Source: Eledone cirrhosa
Lineage: Eukaryota
Assembly (NCBI GenBank): GCA_964016885.1
Contig: OZ024753.1
Span: 25,544,001-25,608,000 of the forward strand
DNA: 64,000 nt
Direction: 5' to 3'
In this document: positions 12,352 to 24,924 of the stretch, one piece after another
Layout: each line of letters begins with the position of its first letter
Numbering within the stretch: position 1 is the stretch's first letter
The notes under the pieces: generated by a model
Told to the model about the DNA's origin: nothing
Seen by the model: the letters and a program-made list of their open reading frames with translations, nothing else
The model's database searches: none
Position numbers and translations under genes: made by a program

Positions 12352-13980
12352 TAACAGCGATGAATTAGTTTTGCGAGGTTTTTGATATGAAATCGTGTGT
12401 CGAAACAAATATTGTTATACTTGAGGAGGGTCATATTTGTGTAATATTGCCAGAATTAATAACAGAACACACTCACTGTTTGGTTGGTTTTCGCTTCTGT
12501 GTCTTTTATATCTCGGTTAATTTAATTTATTCGGTCCTCAATGTTGCCATTGACTGACCAACGGTCAAAAATACAGATACAATATAGACACAAACACATA
12601 TATATAGTCTATCAAAGTTCTTTCATCAGTGGTGCTATTGTTTCCTCCCGTTGCATCGTATGTCTACGCCATCTTTATTTATTTGTTTATTTTTTTGTGC
12701 AACCCAACAGAAATGGAAAGACACATCCAACACTTCATCAACCGCATGCAGTTCTCTGGCTACAACCAAAGAGACAGAATCAGAGTATACGAAGGAGCCA
12801 CGGAGAAGTATAAGACCCTCATAGAACTGGACATGAAAGCAAATTGCCCATTATACAGGAACAAATCATGGAATAGCTTAGATAGGGCTAGACATAAGAT
12901 AGGGAAAGCCACCTCATGGTACGACAACCAGAGATACCAGAGTGTCATGTTTATGGACGCTACCCCTGGAGGGAAATTAGCTAACCAGTGTAGAAAGGCC
13001 CTGAGAAAGACCCACTTAAAGATTAAGGTGGTAGAAAAGCCAGGAACCACCATAAAATCCCTGATCAGCAAAACTTACCCTTTTAAGAAAACCCACTGTA
13101 CTAATAGGAAATGTATCATATGTAAAGTAAACCCCCGGATAAACTGTAAAACTAGAAATGTAGTCTATAGCATAAGATGTACAGAGGGTACTTGCAGAAA
13201 AATGACAACAACATACATAGGCGAGACAGCTCGTAGCATAGGTGAAAGGATAGACCAACACTGTGGGGAACTAAAAGGACGAAAAAATGGTTCAGTACTA
13301 TACGAACATGCCAGACAACAACACGACGGTAACATAGACAACATAGAAATTAGAATAATATCTAAACATAGAAATGACCCAGCAGATAGGCAAATCAGAG
13401 AGGCCAGTGAAATAGAATTTAGAAGGCCAAGGCTAAACAGAAAAAATGAATGGAATAACAACACCCAAACAAACAACACTGACCTAAGAGAAGTATAAAT
13501 AAATAAATAAATATATAGATAAATATATAAATACATACACAAGCACAATAACAACAAACACATATAAACACACACTAGTAAAGATAGAATACATTAACCA
13601 ATACACAGTCACCCAAACACGAACACACATCAAACAAGACACTATACACACACGCAAACGCATGCGCAAAGAAGACAAAAAATAAACAGACTAAATAAAG
13701 ATGGCATAGACATACAATGCAACGGGAGGAAACAATAGCACCACTGACGATGTTGCAGATGTGCAACGAAAGAACTTTGATAGACTATATATATGTGTTT
13801 GTGTCTATATTGTAACTGTATTTTTGACCATTGGTCAGTCAATGGCAACATTGAGGACCGAATAAATTAAATTAACCGAGATATAAAAGACACAGAAGCG
13901 AAAAGCGAAAACCAACCAAACAGTGAGTGTGATCTGTTATTAATTCTGGCAATTTTACACAAATATGACCCTCCCCAAGT
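12352..13980 (+). mobile_element. Penelope-like element with inverted pLTR at its 5' end
   Basis: 12415-12695 is largely the reverse complement of 13680-13980; coding part 12698-13498; hammerhead core CTGACGA-T-GTTGCA..TGCAAC-GAAA at 13744-13771. Confidence 0.9.
12713..13498 (+). CDS. PLE C-terminal ORF fragment: RT thumb, Cys linker, GIY-YIG endonuclease
   Basis: Uninterrupted frame: CTNRKCIIC...C, NVVYSIRC, YIGETARS.GER, RQIREA, LNRKNEW. Confidence 0.85.
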   Translation: MERHIQHFINRMQFSGYNQRDRIRVYEGATEKYKTLIELDMKANCPLYRNKSWNSLDRARHKIGKATSWYDNQRYQSVMFMDATPGGKLANQCRKALRKTHLKIKVVEKPGTTIKSLISKTYPFKKTHCTNRKCIICKVNPRINCKTRNVVYSIRCTEGTCRKMTTTYIGETARSIGERIDQHCGELKGRKNGSVLYEHARQQHDGNIDNIEIRIISKHRNDPADRQIREASEIEFRRPRLNRKNEWNNNTQTNNTDLREV

Positions 13981-14960
13981 TTGATGACTCCTAACCAGTA
14001 TAGGATCCGGTGGACCATCCACCATAGGGACCACAAACTATGGGTGGTTGTTGTTGTCCATTAGTCATTGGTACGGGGTGTAGGGGACCTACAGGGGGGG
14101 GAGGCTTTGTGGGAGGCCTTAACCGGGGTTTATCCATATAGCTTGAGGAAAGTTCCCGTCCTTACGTGTCTGCAGGCACCGAATAAGTCGGCCCTTCTGT
14201 TTAATAGCTTGGTTCCGCCATGAAGTATCTCGAGTGTCTCACTAAGACAGAGGTTACAAATACCAGACCCCCCTCTGTCTGGGGGGACCTTTCTAACTAC
14301 GGACCAGACCAGAGAGTGCGGGGTCTTTTCAAGTTTAAGCTTCCAGATCAATTCAGAAAGGGCCGTACATTTCCTCTTATGTATTCTGTTAAAGTAATGG
14401 CGATGGTTATACCACTGATCTTTGAAGCTCGTCGCTGTGGATCCTATGTAGTAGTGCTCCGAGTTAGAGGTTGTGACCTTGCACCTGTAGACTACGTTTT
14501 TCGTCATGCATTCATTACTAAGGGGGTATAGTGATGGGTCTCTGCAATTACATGACTTCTTAAGCCCCACCACATGTACCGCGTGGCCTCCGCAATCACC
14601 ACAGGGTCATTGGGTTCCAGTGTGCTAGTTGGGCCTGTCTGGGTTCCATTGCGTCCCGCATGCTGGTTCTGTTGGGTGGCTCCGGGGTTTACAGTGGTAT
14701 TAGAGGCAGTGAGCCTATTCCTATTTATGTGCTGGGCTACGGAGCGTGTGGTTGAGTAGGAAAGTTTTACCGTGTGCCTGTTGAATATTTTATGGTACTT
14801 GAGGGCCCTAGGGAAACATTTATCCAGTACTCTAAAGAATGTTCTAGCCAGGCTGGTACGTAGACCCACCGAGTATGGAGGGTTATACCATGTGACCTTC
14901 CTGGTCCTATTCTTGCGGGGTTGTTGGGTGTCTGCCGTGGGCCATTGCGTGGTTGTGCAC
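13981..14960 (-). mobile_element. Second-lineage Penelope-like element fragment (GIY-YIG)
   Basis: RKVTWYNPPYS, KIFNRHTVKLSYS, CNCR, VVYRC...YYIGST, CNLCLSE, LLNRR...CRH across ORFs 14504-15001 and 14130-14573. Confidence 0.85.
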
Positions 14961-15062
14961 ATATATATATATATAAACAAAAGGGATTGGTAATTCAACA
15001 AATATAAATGTATATAACTGATTTATATATACCATGTATACATATATATATCATATATATAT

Positions 15063-15270
15063 AACAAAGAAGGTGTGGTAAGATACCAGGTGGACCATAA
15101 TGCACCAGAGTACTCAATACTTAGGGTAGTAGAGTGGGTAATATGAAAAGAGTCAGGACCCCGACGGCTGAGCTCTGGCCGTTTCGACAGCTGGATCCGA
15201 ACTGGGTTCAGATCTAGCTGTCGAAATGACCGGAGCTCAACTGTCGGGGTCCTGACTCTTTTCCTCTTTC
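15063..15270. mobile_element. Fold-back PLE-type end
   Basis: Inverted arms 15145-15202/15206-15263 plus unpaired tail 15063-15144; TA-flanked. Confidence 0.7.
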
Positions 15271-15282
15271 TCTATATATATA

Positions 15283-15530
15283 GTGGAGGCATGTGGCCTA
15301 GTGGTAAGGGTGTTGGACTTATAATGTTGTGGGTTCAATTCCTGGGTTGCGTGTTGTGTTCTTGAGCAAAACACTTCATTTCACGATGCTCCAGTAATAG
15401 GTGGGGCTTTAACCCTGCAATAGACTGGCGTCCTGTCCAGGGAGGAGTCTTGTACTCTCAGTTGCTTTACGCCATGAAACCGGGATAAGCACCGGCCAAA
15501 TGAGCCTTCTGGCTTAAGACAGACTTTTGA
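15283..15530 (+). mobile_element. tRNA-derived SINE
   Basis: A box TGGCCTAGTGGT, B box GGTTCAATTCC, body TGTGTTCTTGAGCAAAACACTT. Confidence 0.8.
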
Positions 15531-16319
15531 CATTATAGATATATATGTGTAGTATATATATAGGCACACATACACCTTATATATTATATATATATCATAT
15601 ATGTCTACCTAAGTGTGTATATTCTTTCTTTCAGTTCATGAATCTTCTCTATTATCATACCTGAATGTCTACTATTATCACAATGTAGCTTTTCTCAGAT
15701 TCCTTATCTACACCAAACCTTCTAGAACAATGCCTGCTGCAGGAAAACACAATAGTGCAGATGATGTTAGCATACTTGATACTAACAAGTTATTTGTTAT
15801 ATTAATTATACTTACACCTTTAGTGATGAGAACACTCATTATTTAAATAACTAATTCTGATGAAGTACAAACATTTCTTTCATACAACATCAAGTTTTCT
15901 AGAGTCACCTTTATTATTAAGTTTTCAACTATTATGTTACCATTCATTCATGAAAAACTTGTGTCAAAGACACAACCGCGACCCCTATTGTTGGTGATCT
16001 ACACGATAAATGGAGCCAGTACATGCTGTAAACTGGTTAGTGTTAGGAAGGGCATCTAGCTGCAGAAGATTACCAAAGGGTTGGGAGGCCCCTTCAGTTG
16101 TGTCAAAAACATGACAACCTTTGCAATATCCACAGTAAAACAAATCCCAGCCCCTAATTATTATATTTCTAATAAAAGACTGCCTATGATTTTCAAAATA
16201 ATTTTAAAAATAATAAAAAATATTTGGAGGGATTCAGTAATATAACTAACTTTTTTTCATTAGTATGCTTGTATTTGGAATATAACTTAAGAAAGGTTCT
16301 TACATAGAATTATGATGGA

Positions 16320-16580
16320 AAGTGTCACTCCAGGTAGAGCTGTTACTTCTCCGAAATTGTGAGATCACAGCTCCGGTACTAAGGGCATGTGGTTAGAATG
16401 TCTCAGGAAAGAATTGCTGGACAGATTTTACAGGCAAAGCCAACTGGCAGGAGACCCAGGGGTAGACCCCGAGGAAGATGGTTGGATAACATCCATGAAC
16501 GTGGCTGGTCTCATTTGGGGATCCAGTCGAATCAGTTAGAGATGGTTGCTTTTGACAGGACATGCTGGAAGGAGTGTTGA
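16320..16580 (+). mobile_element. RTE-clade LINE 3' fragment
   Basis: GHVVRMSQER...GRRPRGRPRGRWLDNI; similar copy at 32258-32500. Confidence 0.8.
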
Positions 16581-16584
16581 CTAT

Positions 16585-18566
16585 TATAGAACTGTCTGGG
16601 CAACTGAAGGAGCTTGCTACTTACTGCAACTGAGCATCGGCCACATAAAATCTACATTCTTAGATAGCTTGCCTGTGATCCCACTACATCTTTTATGTAT
16701 CCATAGCTTGCATTTGGGACATAGAATGGAAATTCTACCTACTCTTTTCCTACACACTGAGCAAGGCCATTTCACAGAGGGAATCTGTGCCCTATTTTCC
16801 TTTCTACATCTGTGCCCTATTTTCCTTTCTTAGACAAGTTAACTTTAAGGCCTTTTGATTCTAGACCATGCTTCCAGGTTTGGAATTTCTTCTCTAGTTC
16901 TGCCATGGATTCAGCTATGAGAGTTAGATCATCTGCATATAGAAGTTCCCATGGGCAGCCAGTCTTAAACTCTTCTGTTATAGCCTGAGGGGCTAAGGAC
17001 GGAACCTTTGTGAACACCTACTTTTACCCTAAATTCTTCACTATATTCATTGTTAATTCTAACCTTGCTGACTGTATCTTTATACATGGCTTGTATAGCT
17101 CTCACAAGCCATTCATCTACTCCTAGTTTTCTAAGGGCCCACCAGATAATGGAGCGGGGGACTCTGTCAAAGGCTTTCTCCAAGTCAACAAAAGCTAAAT
17201 AGATGGGTTTACTTTTTGCCTTACGAGGAAGAGAGCATCTGTGGTACTTTTACCTGACACAAACCCAAACTGTATTTCATCTAGATCAATTAGGTCCCTA
17301 ATCAGCTGTGCAATAACTCTTTCTGTGACCTTCATGACCTGGTCAACCAACTTAATGCCTCTATAGTTTTCTCTATCTAGAGCATCTCCTTTGCACTTGT
17401 AGCAGTTGATGATGATGTTGCTACGCCAGTCATTTGGTATGACCCCATTCTGTATAACTTGGTTTACTATCTGGGTGACCATAGTGTGTCCCACCATTCC
17501 AGATGCTTTCAACATTTCAGCAACTATCTCCGAATGCCCAGCTCCCTTGCCTGTCTTCATGTCTTTGATTGCCTTACTTACTATACTACCATTAACTTAC
17601 ACAGCTGGTCCCTCTGTTGGATCAACTTGGGGCAAACTATCTTTATCGCATTCATTCTCCTCATTTAGTAGTCTTTCATAGTGGCACTTCCATGCTAATT
17701 TCTTATCACTATCAGTGAGGGCGAGTACTCCACTATCATGGCAGACATACTTCTCTCCAACAATATCATAATTTTTCTTGACACATTGTCTTGCAATTAT
17801 GAATACCTCACGTCCTTGGTCCTCTTGTTACAAAACATGTTTAAACTTTTTATCTTCTGCTTCCATTCTTGCAAAATACACTTGTTGCCTAGCTTCTCTC
17901 CTAGCCACATGGTAGTGTTCTTTACTTCTGCCATCCCACCATTCTTTCCAAGCCTGTTTTTTGGCCTTAATTGTCTCCTCCACCTTCCTGTTCCACCACC
18001 AAGTCACTCTCCTCCTCCCTAGAGACCTACCCCAGCCACTGATTCCATTTGTCGCCTTCACTCGGTTATCTTTCAGGAATTACCACTGTTCCTCTATATT
18101 GTACGTCTCTATTTGCTCTTCCTTACTATCAAAAGCATCAAGTAACAAGCCTCTAAAATTGTTATTGGCTGTGGGCTCCTTCAACTGCCACATTCTTCTC
18201 CTCAAGGTTCACCTCTGTCATCCAGATCATTCAGCCTTGACTAAGGTTGCTAACTATTAGGCTATGTTGAGAGGTGCATTCTCCACCAGGAAGGGACTTT
18301 GTGCTTACAACAAACACTCTGTCACATCTTCTAGTAAGGATATAATCTATCTGGCTGGTGTGTTCCCTTGATCTATAGGTGATTAAGTGATTGTCTCCTT
18401 GTTTGAAGTTTGTGTTACAGATAGTTAAGTTATTAGCATCACAGAATTCCAGGATCCTGAAGCCTTCTTCATTTCTAGAACCAAACCCATAGCCTCCATG
18501 GATTCCATCATAGACATTGCAGTGCTGGCTGACATAACTGTTGGTTATTTGGGAAGAAGTGAGCAT
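16585..18566 (-). mobile_element. Decayed RTE LINE (APE-RT)
   Basis: GGYGFGSRNEEG and SQIDYIL endonuclease; [27 protein letters not shown] motifs. Confidence 0.92.
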
Positions 18567-18720
18567 GAGCTGTTTTTAACTTCACCTTGCTTTCTAATTT
18601 TTTATATTGTTTTTGTAAAAAACGATATCTATTTCACATATATATATATATATATCAACGTTTAACGTCTATCTTCTACGCTAGGGTTTTTTATTTATTT
18701 ATTTATATATATATATATAT

Positions 18721-19061
18721 ACGATATATTAACAAATGGAAACTATATTTATAAAACCATATTTATTTCATTATACATATTTCAAGGATACCAAGTTAAA
18801 TTATGGTGTGCTTTCATCAGATAAAATATAATATAGAGCAGTTTTATAAATAAATATTGACATACCCTTAAAGAATGCGACCATTTCTGTTGGAAGTTCC
18901 TTGGTGTCCTTAAAATATGTATAATGAAATAAATATGGTTTTATAAATATAGTTTCCATTTGTTAATATATCGTATTTTTACTCCAATAATTTGTTGAGT
19001 GCTTTATATCAGTTATAAAAATATTTGCTTGTTGTATCCCAACAATTTAAATAGAACTTCT

Positions 19062-19064
<3 letters not shown>
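18721..19064. mobile_element. Fold-back PLE pLTR remnant
   Basis: Arms 18721-18794/18901-18974 inverted; ~90-nt tail to 19064; TA-flanked; related mini fold-back at 47084-47252. Confidence 0.8.
18764..18828 (-). ncRNA. Type I hammerhead ribozyme
   Basis: TATTTTAT-CTGATGA-AAGCACACCA..TGGTATCCTT-GAAA-TATGTA-TA-ATGAAATA. Confidence 0.78.
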
Positions 19065-19093
<29 letters not shown>

Positions 19094-19201
19094 CTAACGT
19101 CCTCATTCGTTCGTCGGACAAAGCAATTTAAAACATAGTGAAATATTTGGAAAGTCCTTCAAGAAATGCAAAAAATATATAAATAAAAGTAATGAAAGAG
19201 A

Positions 19202-19455
19202 TGTGGTCAGAAAAAGCTATCTCACTTACCGCTTTTCATAGGCGCCACTAAATTCCACTGCTGGTCTCTCCTCTTCCACGTGCGTCCAACTCCTTAACAC
19301 CGGGAGTTGCCAAAACTCGCGTCCACACCGTTGCTGGTCACCACTTGAGAGAGGGCCATCTGCTGGCCCTTCCGGTCGAGCATCCTTCCGGCCAAGCACC
19401 CTTCCGGTCGAGCACTCCCCCGCTTCCGGCCACCGCACACCACACCATACTCACA
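19202..19455 (-). mobile_element. 3' LTR of second Gypsy-like element
   Basis: On the minus strand a purine tract GATCAGGGGGGCG is followed by TGTGAG...GACCACA (TG..CA ends). Confidence 0.65.
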
Positions 19456-19468
19456 CGCCCCCCTGATC

Positions 19469-21598
19469 TCAAGGATCAATTTCCCCCTCGTCCTTCTGCA
19501 TATGAAAGTCTGCTGTCCAGGTTGGTTGTTTATGACTTCTTTGCGATCTTCGCAGTGTTGGGGCAGCACTTTGGGTTTCCTCTTCCTCAGAGTCCGTTGA
19601 CACAGTGATTCTACGGACATCCAGGACATGACGTGGTACTCCGTCCACGGACACATTGTTCTGGGAATTTACGGCCGTCACCGTTCCCCTTCCCCATTGA
19701 GATGTGCAACGTGCATCTGGGGGCTTAACCCAGACTTCTTCGCCCACCAGCACGAATGCACTCTCTCTCCCCACTGGCCGTTGTGGTGGCGTGCACGGGT
19801 GCCGCCACTCGTATCTGAATACTGCTCTGTGTGGCACCGATTCCTCGACCTGTCCCACCCGAGGGGACATGTTGTACCAGAACACTGCCTCCATTGGTGA
19901 GATATGGCCCCGCTCCGCCATTGCCTTGATCGTCCAGTGGTGTCGCTCCACAATTCCATTCCCGCTCGGCCTGTGCGCTTCTGAAGAAACGGTCCACTTT
20001 CCATCCATCGAGCATCTCCCTCAGCGCCTCCGAGCGGAACGCTGTGCTGTTGTCCATCAGCAGTTCAGCCACAGGGCCCCGCTCCAAGAACACCTCTCAA
20101 CGTCCGCATGATTTCCTCGGCCGTTCCAGTCTTCATCTCCCTCCATATCGCCATCCGTCCTGGTCCACAGTCGACCATCGAGAGGTACGTTCCCTGTCGG
20201 TAGTGCGTTACATCCACCGCCAATCGCTTCCAGTCGCGATCCACCGGGAGGCTTTCCGTTTCGTGTACACCCGGGGCGGGATCAATGGACTGACATCGGA
20301 CGCAGCCTCTAACCACCCTTTGAACACTGTGTCTGTTAACGTCAGAGTCGATTCTCCTGGCTAGGAACAGGCTCCTATCCACTCCCATGTGGGGCATGTC
20401 ATGCAACCCTTTCAGATCCGACTCGGTCAGCTGACACACGGCAGCTACCTCATCTTCTACCTCCTCCGGCGCTTCCATCCAGGCTTTCTTCACCCTAGTT
20501 AAGATGTCCACCCTATTTTTCTCTGAGGGCACGAAAACTACGCTCAGCCTCAGGTGGAACTCGGTGGCCAGCTCTCCTAAAGTTCCCAGGCGGCGCTTTA
20601 TCAGCATTTCCGCCGCCTCTCTTGTTCGCACTCTCTTCTCACTGGTGAGCACTGATCTCACCCATCCGAGTACAGTAGCCGAGTTGGTGCGTATCTCGAT
20701 GGTGCGCAGTGCCCACCTCAGGGTGAGCTTCACCCCTCTCAACACTGCGTCCAGTTCGGCCACATTGATATGGTTGCAGTCGTCCTTCTTCCTAAGCCAG
20801 GCTGCATCCTCGACTTCAACACCTCCTATCTCCAACGTGACACCCAGCGCTATGCTGCTGGCATCGCACCATACTGTCCCGCTCTGTGATTTGGGAACAT
20901 AGCAGCATCCCCGCACTGGGTCGTCGGCCTTCACCCTCCCCACGATCTCCTGCATCATGGCCACCGTCCTCTCTCCCACTCTGTCACTCCTCCCGCTCGT
21001 CTCTTGACATAACTGCATGCCGTCCGGAGCCACCCAGCAATCGGGTAGTGACCCACCAACTTTGCACACACCGAGAAAAGCTCCCGCCTACTCATACTTG
21101 GGCCCAGTTCTGGAACTGCATTTCCCCTCTGGAATACCAAGGCGCCCGTCATGTCTCGCCGTAGCCTAAGTCCCAGCGCAGCTCCTCCCTCCAACGCTTC
21201 TGACGGCTTCGCAGCCAGTTCATTACCCTGTAAATGGCTCGTGACCGCCGCTGACTCCACAGACTCGTCCACTAGGATGTCGTCAATATAGGAGTTAGTG
21301 GCCCTCTTCATCTTGTCCGGCCCTTATACCTGACCAGCTGATGCTGCCAGAGCTTCTCATCTATATGCAATTGCAAGTATGCCGACTTTAGATCGACGAT
21401 TGCTGAACCCCCTGTCATGCGTCTCCATTCACGCAGGGTTTCCCCACAGACATCCGTGACCTCGCCACCCGTGTGGCATGACACGTGCTCGTTCAGCTCC
21501 CGAAAGTCCAGCACCGGCCTCACCTTGTTCTTCGTGGGTTGCGCCACCGCCATTAACGGCAATACTCCGCACTTCACCTCCACTTTCCAGGGAAGCAG
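19469..21598 (-). pseudogene. pol: Gypsy-like pol (RT-RH-IN), 5'-truncated and disrupted
   Basis: VLDFRELN, DLKSAYLQL, SYIDDILV, WCDASS, HINVAEL, HMG..CVRC, AVDVTHY, MDNSTAF, GNGIVERHH. Confidence 0.9.
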
Positions 21599-23321
21599 TA
21601 TGAAAGAGAAAGCTGTAAAGAGGATAATTTAAGGAAAATGAAGAATAAGAGTTTATGGAGGATAAGTATCTGAAAGTGAGTTAAGTTTATATGAGCTGGA
21701 AAGCAAGTGTGATTTCATGTGTGGGCAACTGGTGAAAATTTCTGTTTTTGTATTTAGGCAGGTTTTTGGTGATTTAAGGTTCAGTAAAATCCAATATTTT
21801 TCACTTATGCAGAGTGTGCATCTTCTTGTTCCTCCTGCATATTCTTTAGATTGGTTCAAAATTGACCAATCCAATTTATATTGGATACCTTGGTCTTTCA
21901 AATCCCATATTCTGTTAGCCAGAGCTGTTGTGAATCTTTTTTCTGGATGTCGGAAAGATGCGACATGTGAGTAATAACGCACACTCTGCATAAGTGAAAT
22001 ATATTGGATTTTACAGAACCTTAAATCACCAAAAACCTGCCTAAATACAAAAACAGAAATTTTCACCAGTTGCCCACACATGAAATCACACTTGCTTTCC
22101 AGCTCATATAAACTTAACTCACTTTCAGATACTTATCCTCCATAAACTCTTATTCTTCACTTTCCTTAAATTATCCTATTTACAGATTTCTCTTTCTGAT
22201 TTACTTTCATTTTTAACTTTATTTTTAATTTAATTTTTATTTTTACTTCACATCCACCAGTAACCCCCCCCCCCACCCCCTCCTACTTTTCGATTCACTT
22301 ACCTAATATCTTCACATTCCACATTTTACTTCCCCATTTTCTTTCACTACCTGATATCTTATGTCACTTGCGTTTTCCACTCCAGATATATTCTGTTGTT
22401 TCGCAGCCGATTTTATATTTGTACTCATTTATTCATATGGCTGATTTATAATCTGTATCTATGTGTCTGAGTGTGCTTATGTGTGTATACGTTCTGTATA
22501 TGTATACGAACGCTTCCGTATGTGTGCGTGCGTACGTATATATATGTGTGTGTATATCTATGTTTTTTATATCTATGTTTTTTACATGTGTATGTATGCG
22601 GGTGAATGTATGTGTATGTATATGTATATATATGTATATGTATGTATATGTGTAAAAAATATATATAGTCGCGTACGTACGTGTGATTAGATATACATGG
22701 GGCGATATATATACGTGCCTCGTGTGTATGTATGTACGCATGCATGCGATTTTGTCTGTACGTATTTGTGTGTATAAATATTTTTTTATATATATATGTG
22801 TGTATGTACGTGCGTACCTATGTTTGTTTTCTTTTCTCTAGTGTTAATTGATTACTTTCTCTTTGATTTAAAAATTTTTCATTCTCATATATTGTTTCAT
22901 TTTTATACATATATCGAGAATGACACTTTTTTTTACTATTACACTCCCTTCCCTCTTTATCTTCCGCATATAAGTGACCGCGCGTGCTTTCAAACTCGTA
23001 TGTGTATTTAATACCTGTATCTGGATGCGTGTGAACTATATTATCATTCATTTTCTTTTTCAACTCATATTATATACATATTTGTGGTCACATATACACA
23101 AATATACTTGCCCTCTTATATGTACTTATGCACACATTTTCACCATACACATGCATTTGTACATACACACATATGTACATTTGTGAGTGTATATACATAC
23201 ATATACACATACCCTAACTATATTTTCTTATATATATATATATATTTTTTTATATATCTCTTTCATTACTTTTATTTATATATTTTTTGCGGAGACTTTC
23301 CAAATATTTCACTACGTTTTA

Positions 23322-23399
23322 AATTGCCTTGTCTGACGAACGAATGAGGACGTTTTTCGTATTCGTTTTATTCAGGAAACCTCTGGTAATGAGGTAATT
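23322..23399 (+). ncRNA. Type I hammerhead ribozyme in PLE pLTR
   Basis: 11-bp stem I AATTGCCTTGT/ATGAGGTAATT (with G-U pairs), CTGACGA, GAATGAGGACG/CGTTTTATTC stem II, GAAA-CC-TCT-GG-TA. Confidence 0.78.
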
Positions 23400-23694
23400 A
23401 TATTGTATTGTTTATTATACATTAAATTTTGCTCTGGTACTTACATAGAGCACTCTTCACTCCTATGACTTTTTCAATTTTCAACGGAAACTTCAATACT
23501 TATATATATATATATATATATATATATACCAGACACTGAAACTTCAATACTTATATATATATATATATACCAGACACTGTCCAAAACAGGACAACCCGTC
23601 TAGCCCATGCTAGCGTGGAAGAATGGATGTAAAACGGTGATGATGATGATGATATATATATAATCCTATGTTCTCATGACTCTGCCAGCTTGCT

Positions 23695-23890
23695 GCTTTA
23701 CACCCACAATTTTTTTAGGGGTGAGGGGAAAGTTGATTAAATCAACCCCAGTGCGTTACTGGTACTTAATTTTATCGACCCTGTAAGGATGAAAGGCATA
23801 TTAACTTTGGCAGGATTTGAACTCAGAAAGTAAAGGGACAAAACTCTATGCCACAAAGCATGCTGTCTGACTGTCAATCCAATTTCCTAT
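23695..23890 (-). mobile_element. Meta-domain-like tRNA SINE
   Basis: CTGGTACTT..TTTATCGACCC..AGGATGAAAGGC..GATTTGAACTC body shared with five other copies. Confidence 0.75.
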
Positions 23891-24064
23891 ATACAGCCAA
23901 TGCACCAACAATAATAGTGAAAAATAAACAGTTGAAGTGTACTACTAAACAACAACAACAACAACAGCAGCAACAACTGATGTGTCACTAAACAACAACT
24001 GATGTGTTACTAAACAACAACAATCCTTGGCTGTTATTTAATAGTTTTGGTATGTGTTGATGTT

Positions 24065-24253
24065 TGCACACACATACACACATATACATAATCATATGTA
24101 CATACACATACATACACATACACACACATATACACAAACACATACATACACACACATATACACAAACATATATACATACACACATATATACATACACACA
24201 CACACATATACAAACATATGTACATACACACATATGCACAATCATATGTACAT

Positions 24254-24284
<31 letters not shown>

Positions 24285-24455
24285 CATATACACAATCATA
24301 TGTACATACACACACATATATATATACACACATATACACAATCATATGTACGTACAGACATATATATATATACACACATATACACAATCATATGTACATA
24401 CACATACATATACACAATCATATGTACATACACACATACATATATACACACACCA
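24065..24455. repeat. (CA/TA) low-complexity repeat with ACAATCATATGTAC units
   Basis: Directly visible. Confidence 0.9.
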
Positions 24456-24631
24456 CTAGACATTGCAGCACTTGTTTTCTTTCTTATTTCAAGGACTTTA
24501 TAGAAATAGATATACACACAATTTACACACACACACACAGTTCACGTAGATACACACACAATTTACATAAACACACAGTTCATGTAGACACACACACAAT
24601 TTACCAATGTTTAGGTGAGTCAGAAAATACT

Positions 24632-24895
24632 GAGTGTAGTTAATACCATGTAGCAGTACATGTAGATGTCTAGTGTAGTTAATACCATGTAGCAGTACAT
24701 GTAGATGTCTAGTGTAGTTAATACCATGTAGCAGTACATGTAGGTTCCTGTCTAGTGTAGTTAATACCATGTAGGAGTACATGTAAGATTCCTATCTAGT
24801 TAATACCATATAGCAGTACATGTAGATGTCTAGTCTAGTTAATACCATGTAGCAGTACATGTAGGTTCCTGTCTAGTTAATACCATGTAGCAATA
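24632..24895. repeat. ~39-bp minisatellite
   Basis: TAGTGTAGTTAATACCATGTAGCAGTACATGTAGATGTC, about 6.5 copies. Confidence 0.92.
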
Positions 24896-24924
24896 CATAC
24901 ATACATATATAATTTACATAATAT

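Larger units (their letters stand above)
19095..23500. mobile_element. Large fold-back Penelope-like element interrupted by a Gypsy element
   Basis: 19097-19202 inverted to 23266-23354; 21602-21819 inverted to 21979-22196; GIY-YIG C-terminus (CTLCISEK..LNTKTEIFTSCPH) in ORF 21653-22081. Confidence 0.82.

Noticed and set aside
12713-13980. Selenoprotein-type PLE (in-frame UGA plus SECIS)
   Set aside because: Conserved Cys positions are ordinary Cys codons, there is no in-frame TGA in this fragment, and I recognised no SECIS
15175-15235. Complete hammerhead in the 15063-15270 fold-back
   Set aside because: Only GAAA plus a CGGCC(A/G)-like segment is present; no CUGANGA box or NUH site
15283-15350. 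tRNA genes at SINE heads (also 29495, 31533, 45743)
   Set aside because: A/B boxes are present but acceptor stems are incomplete and the sequence continues into SINE bodies
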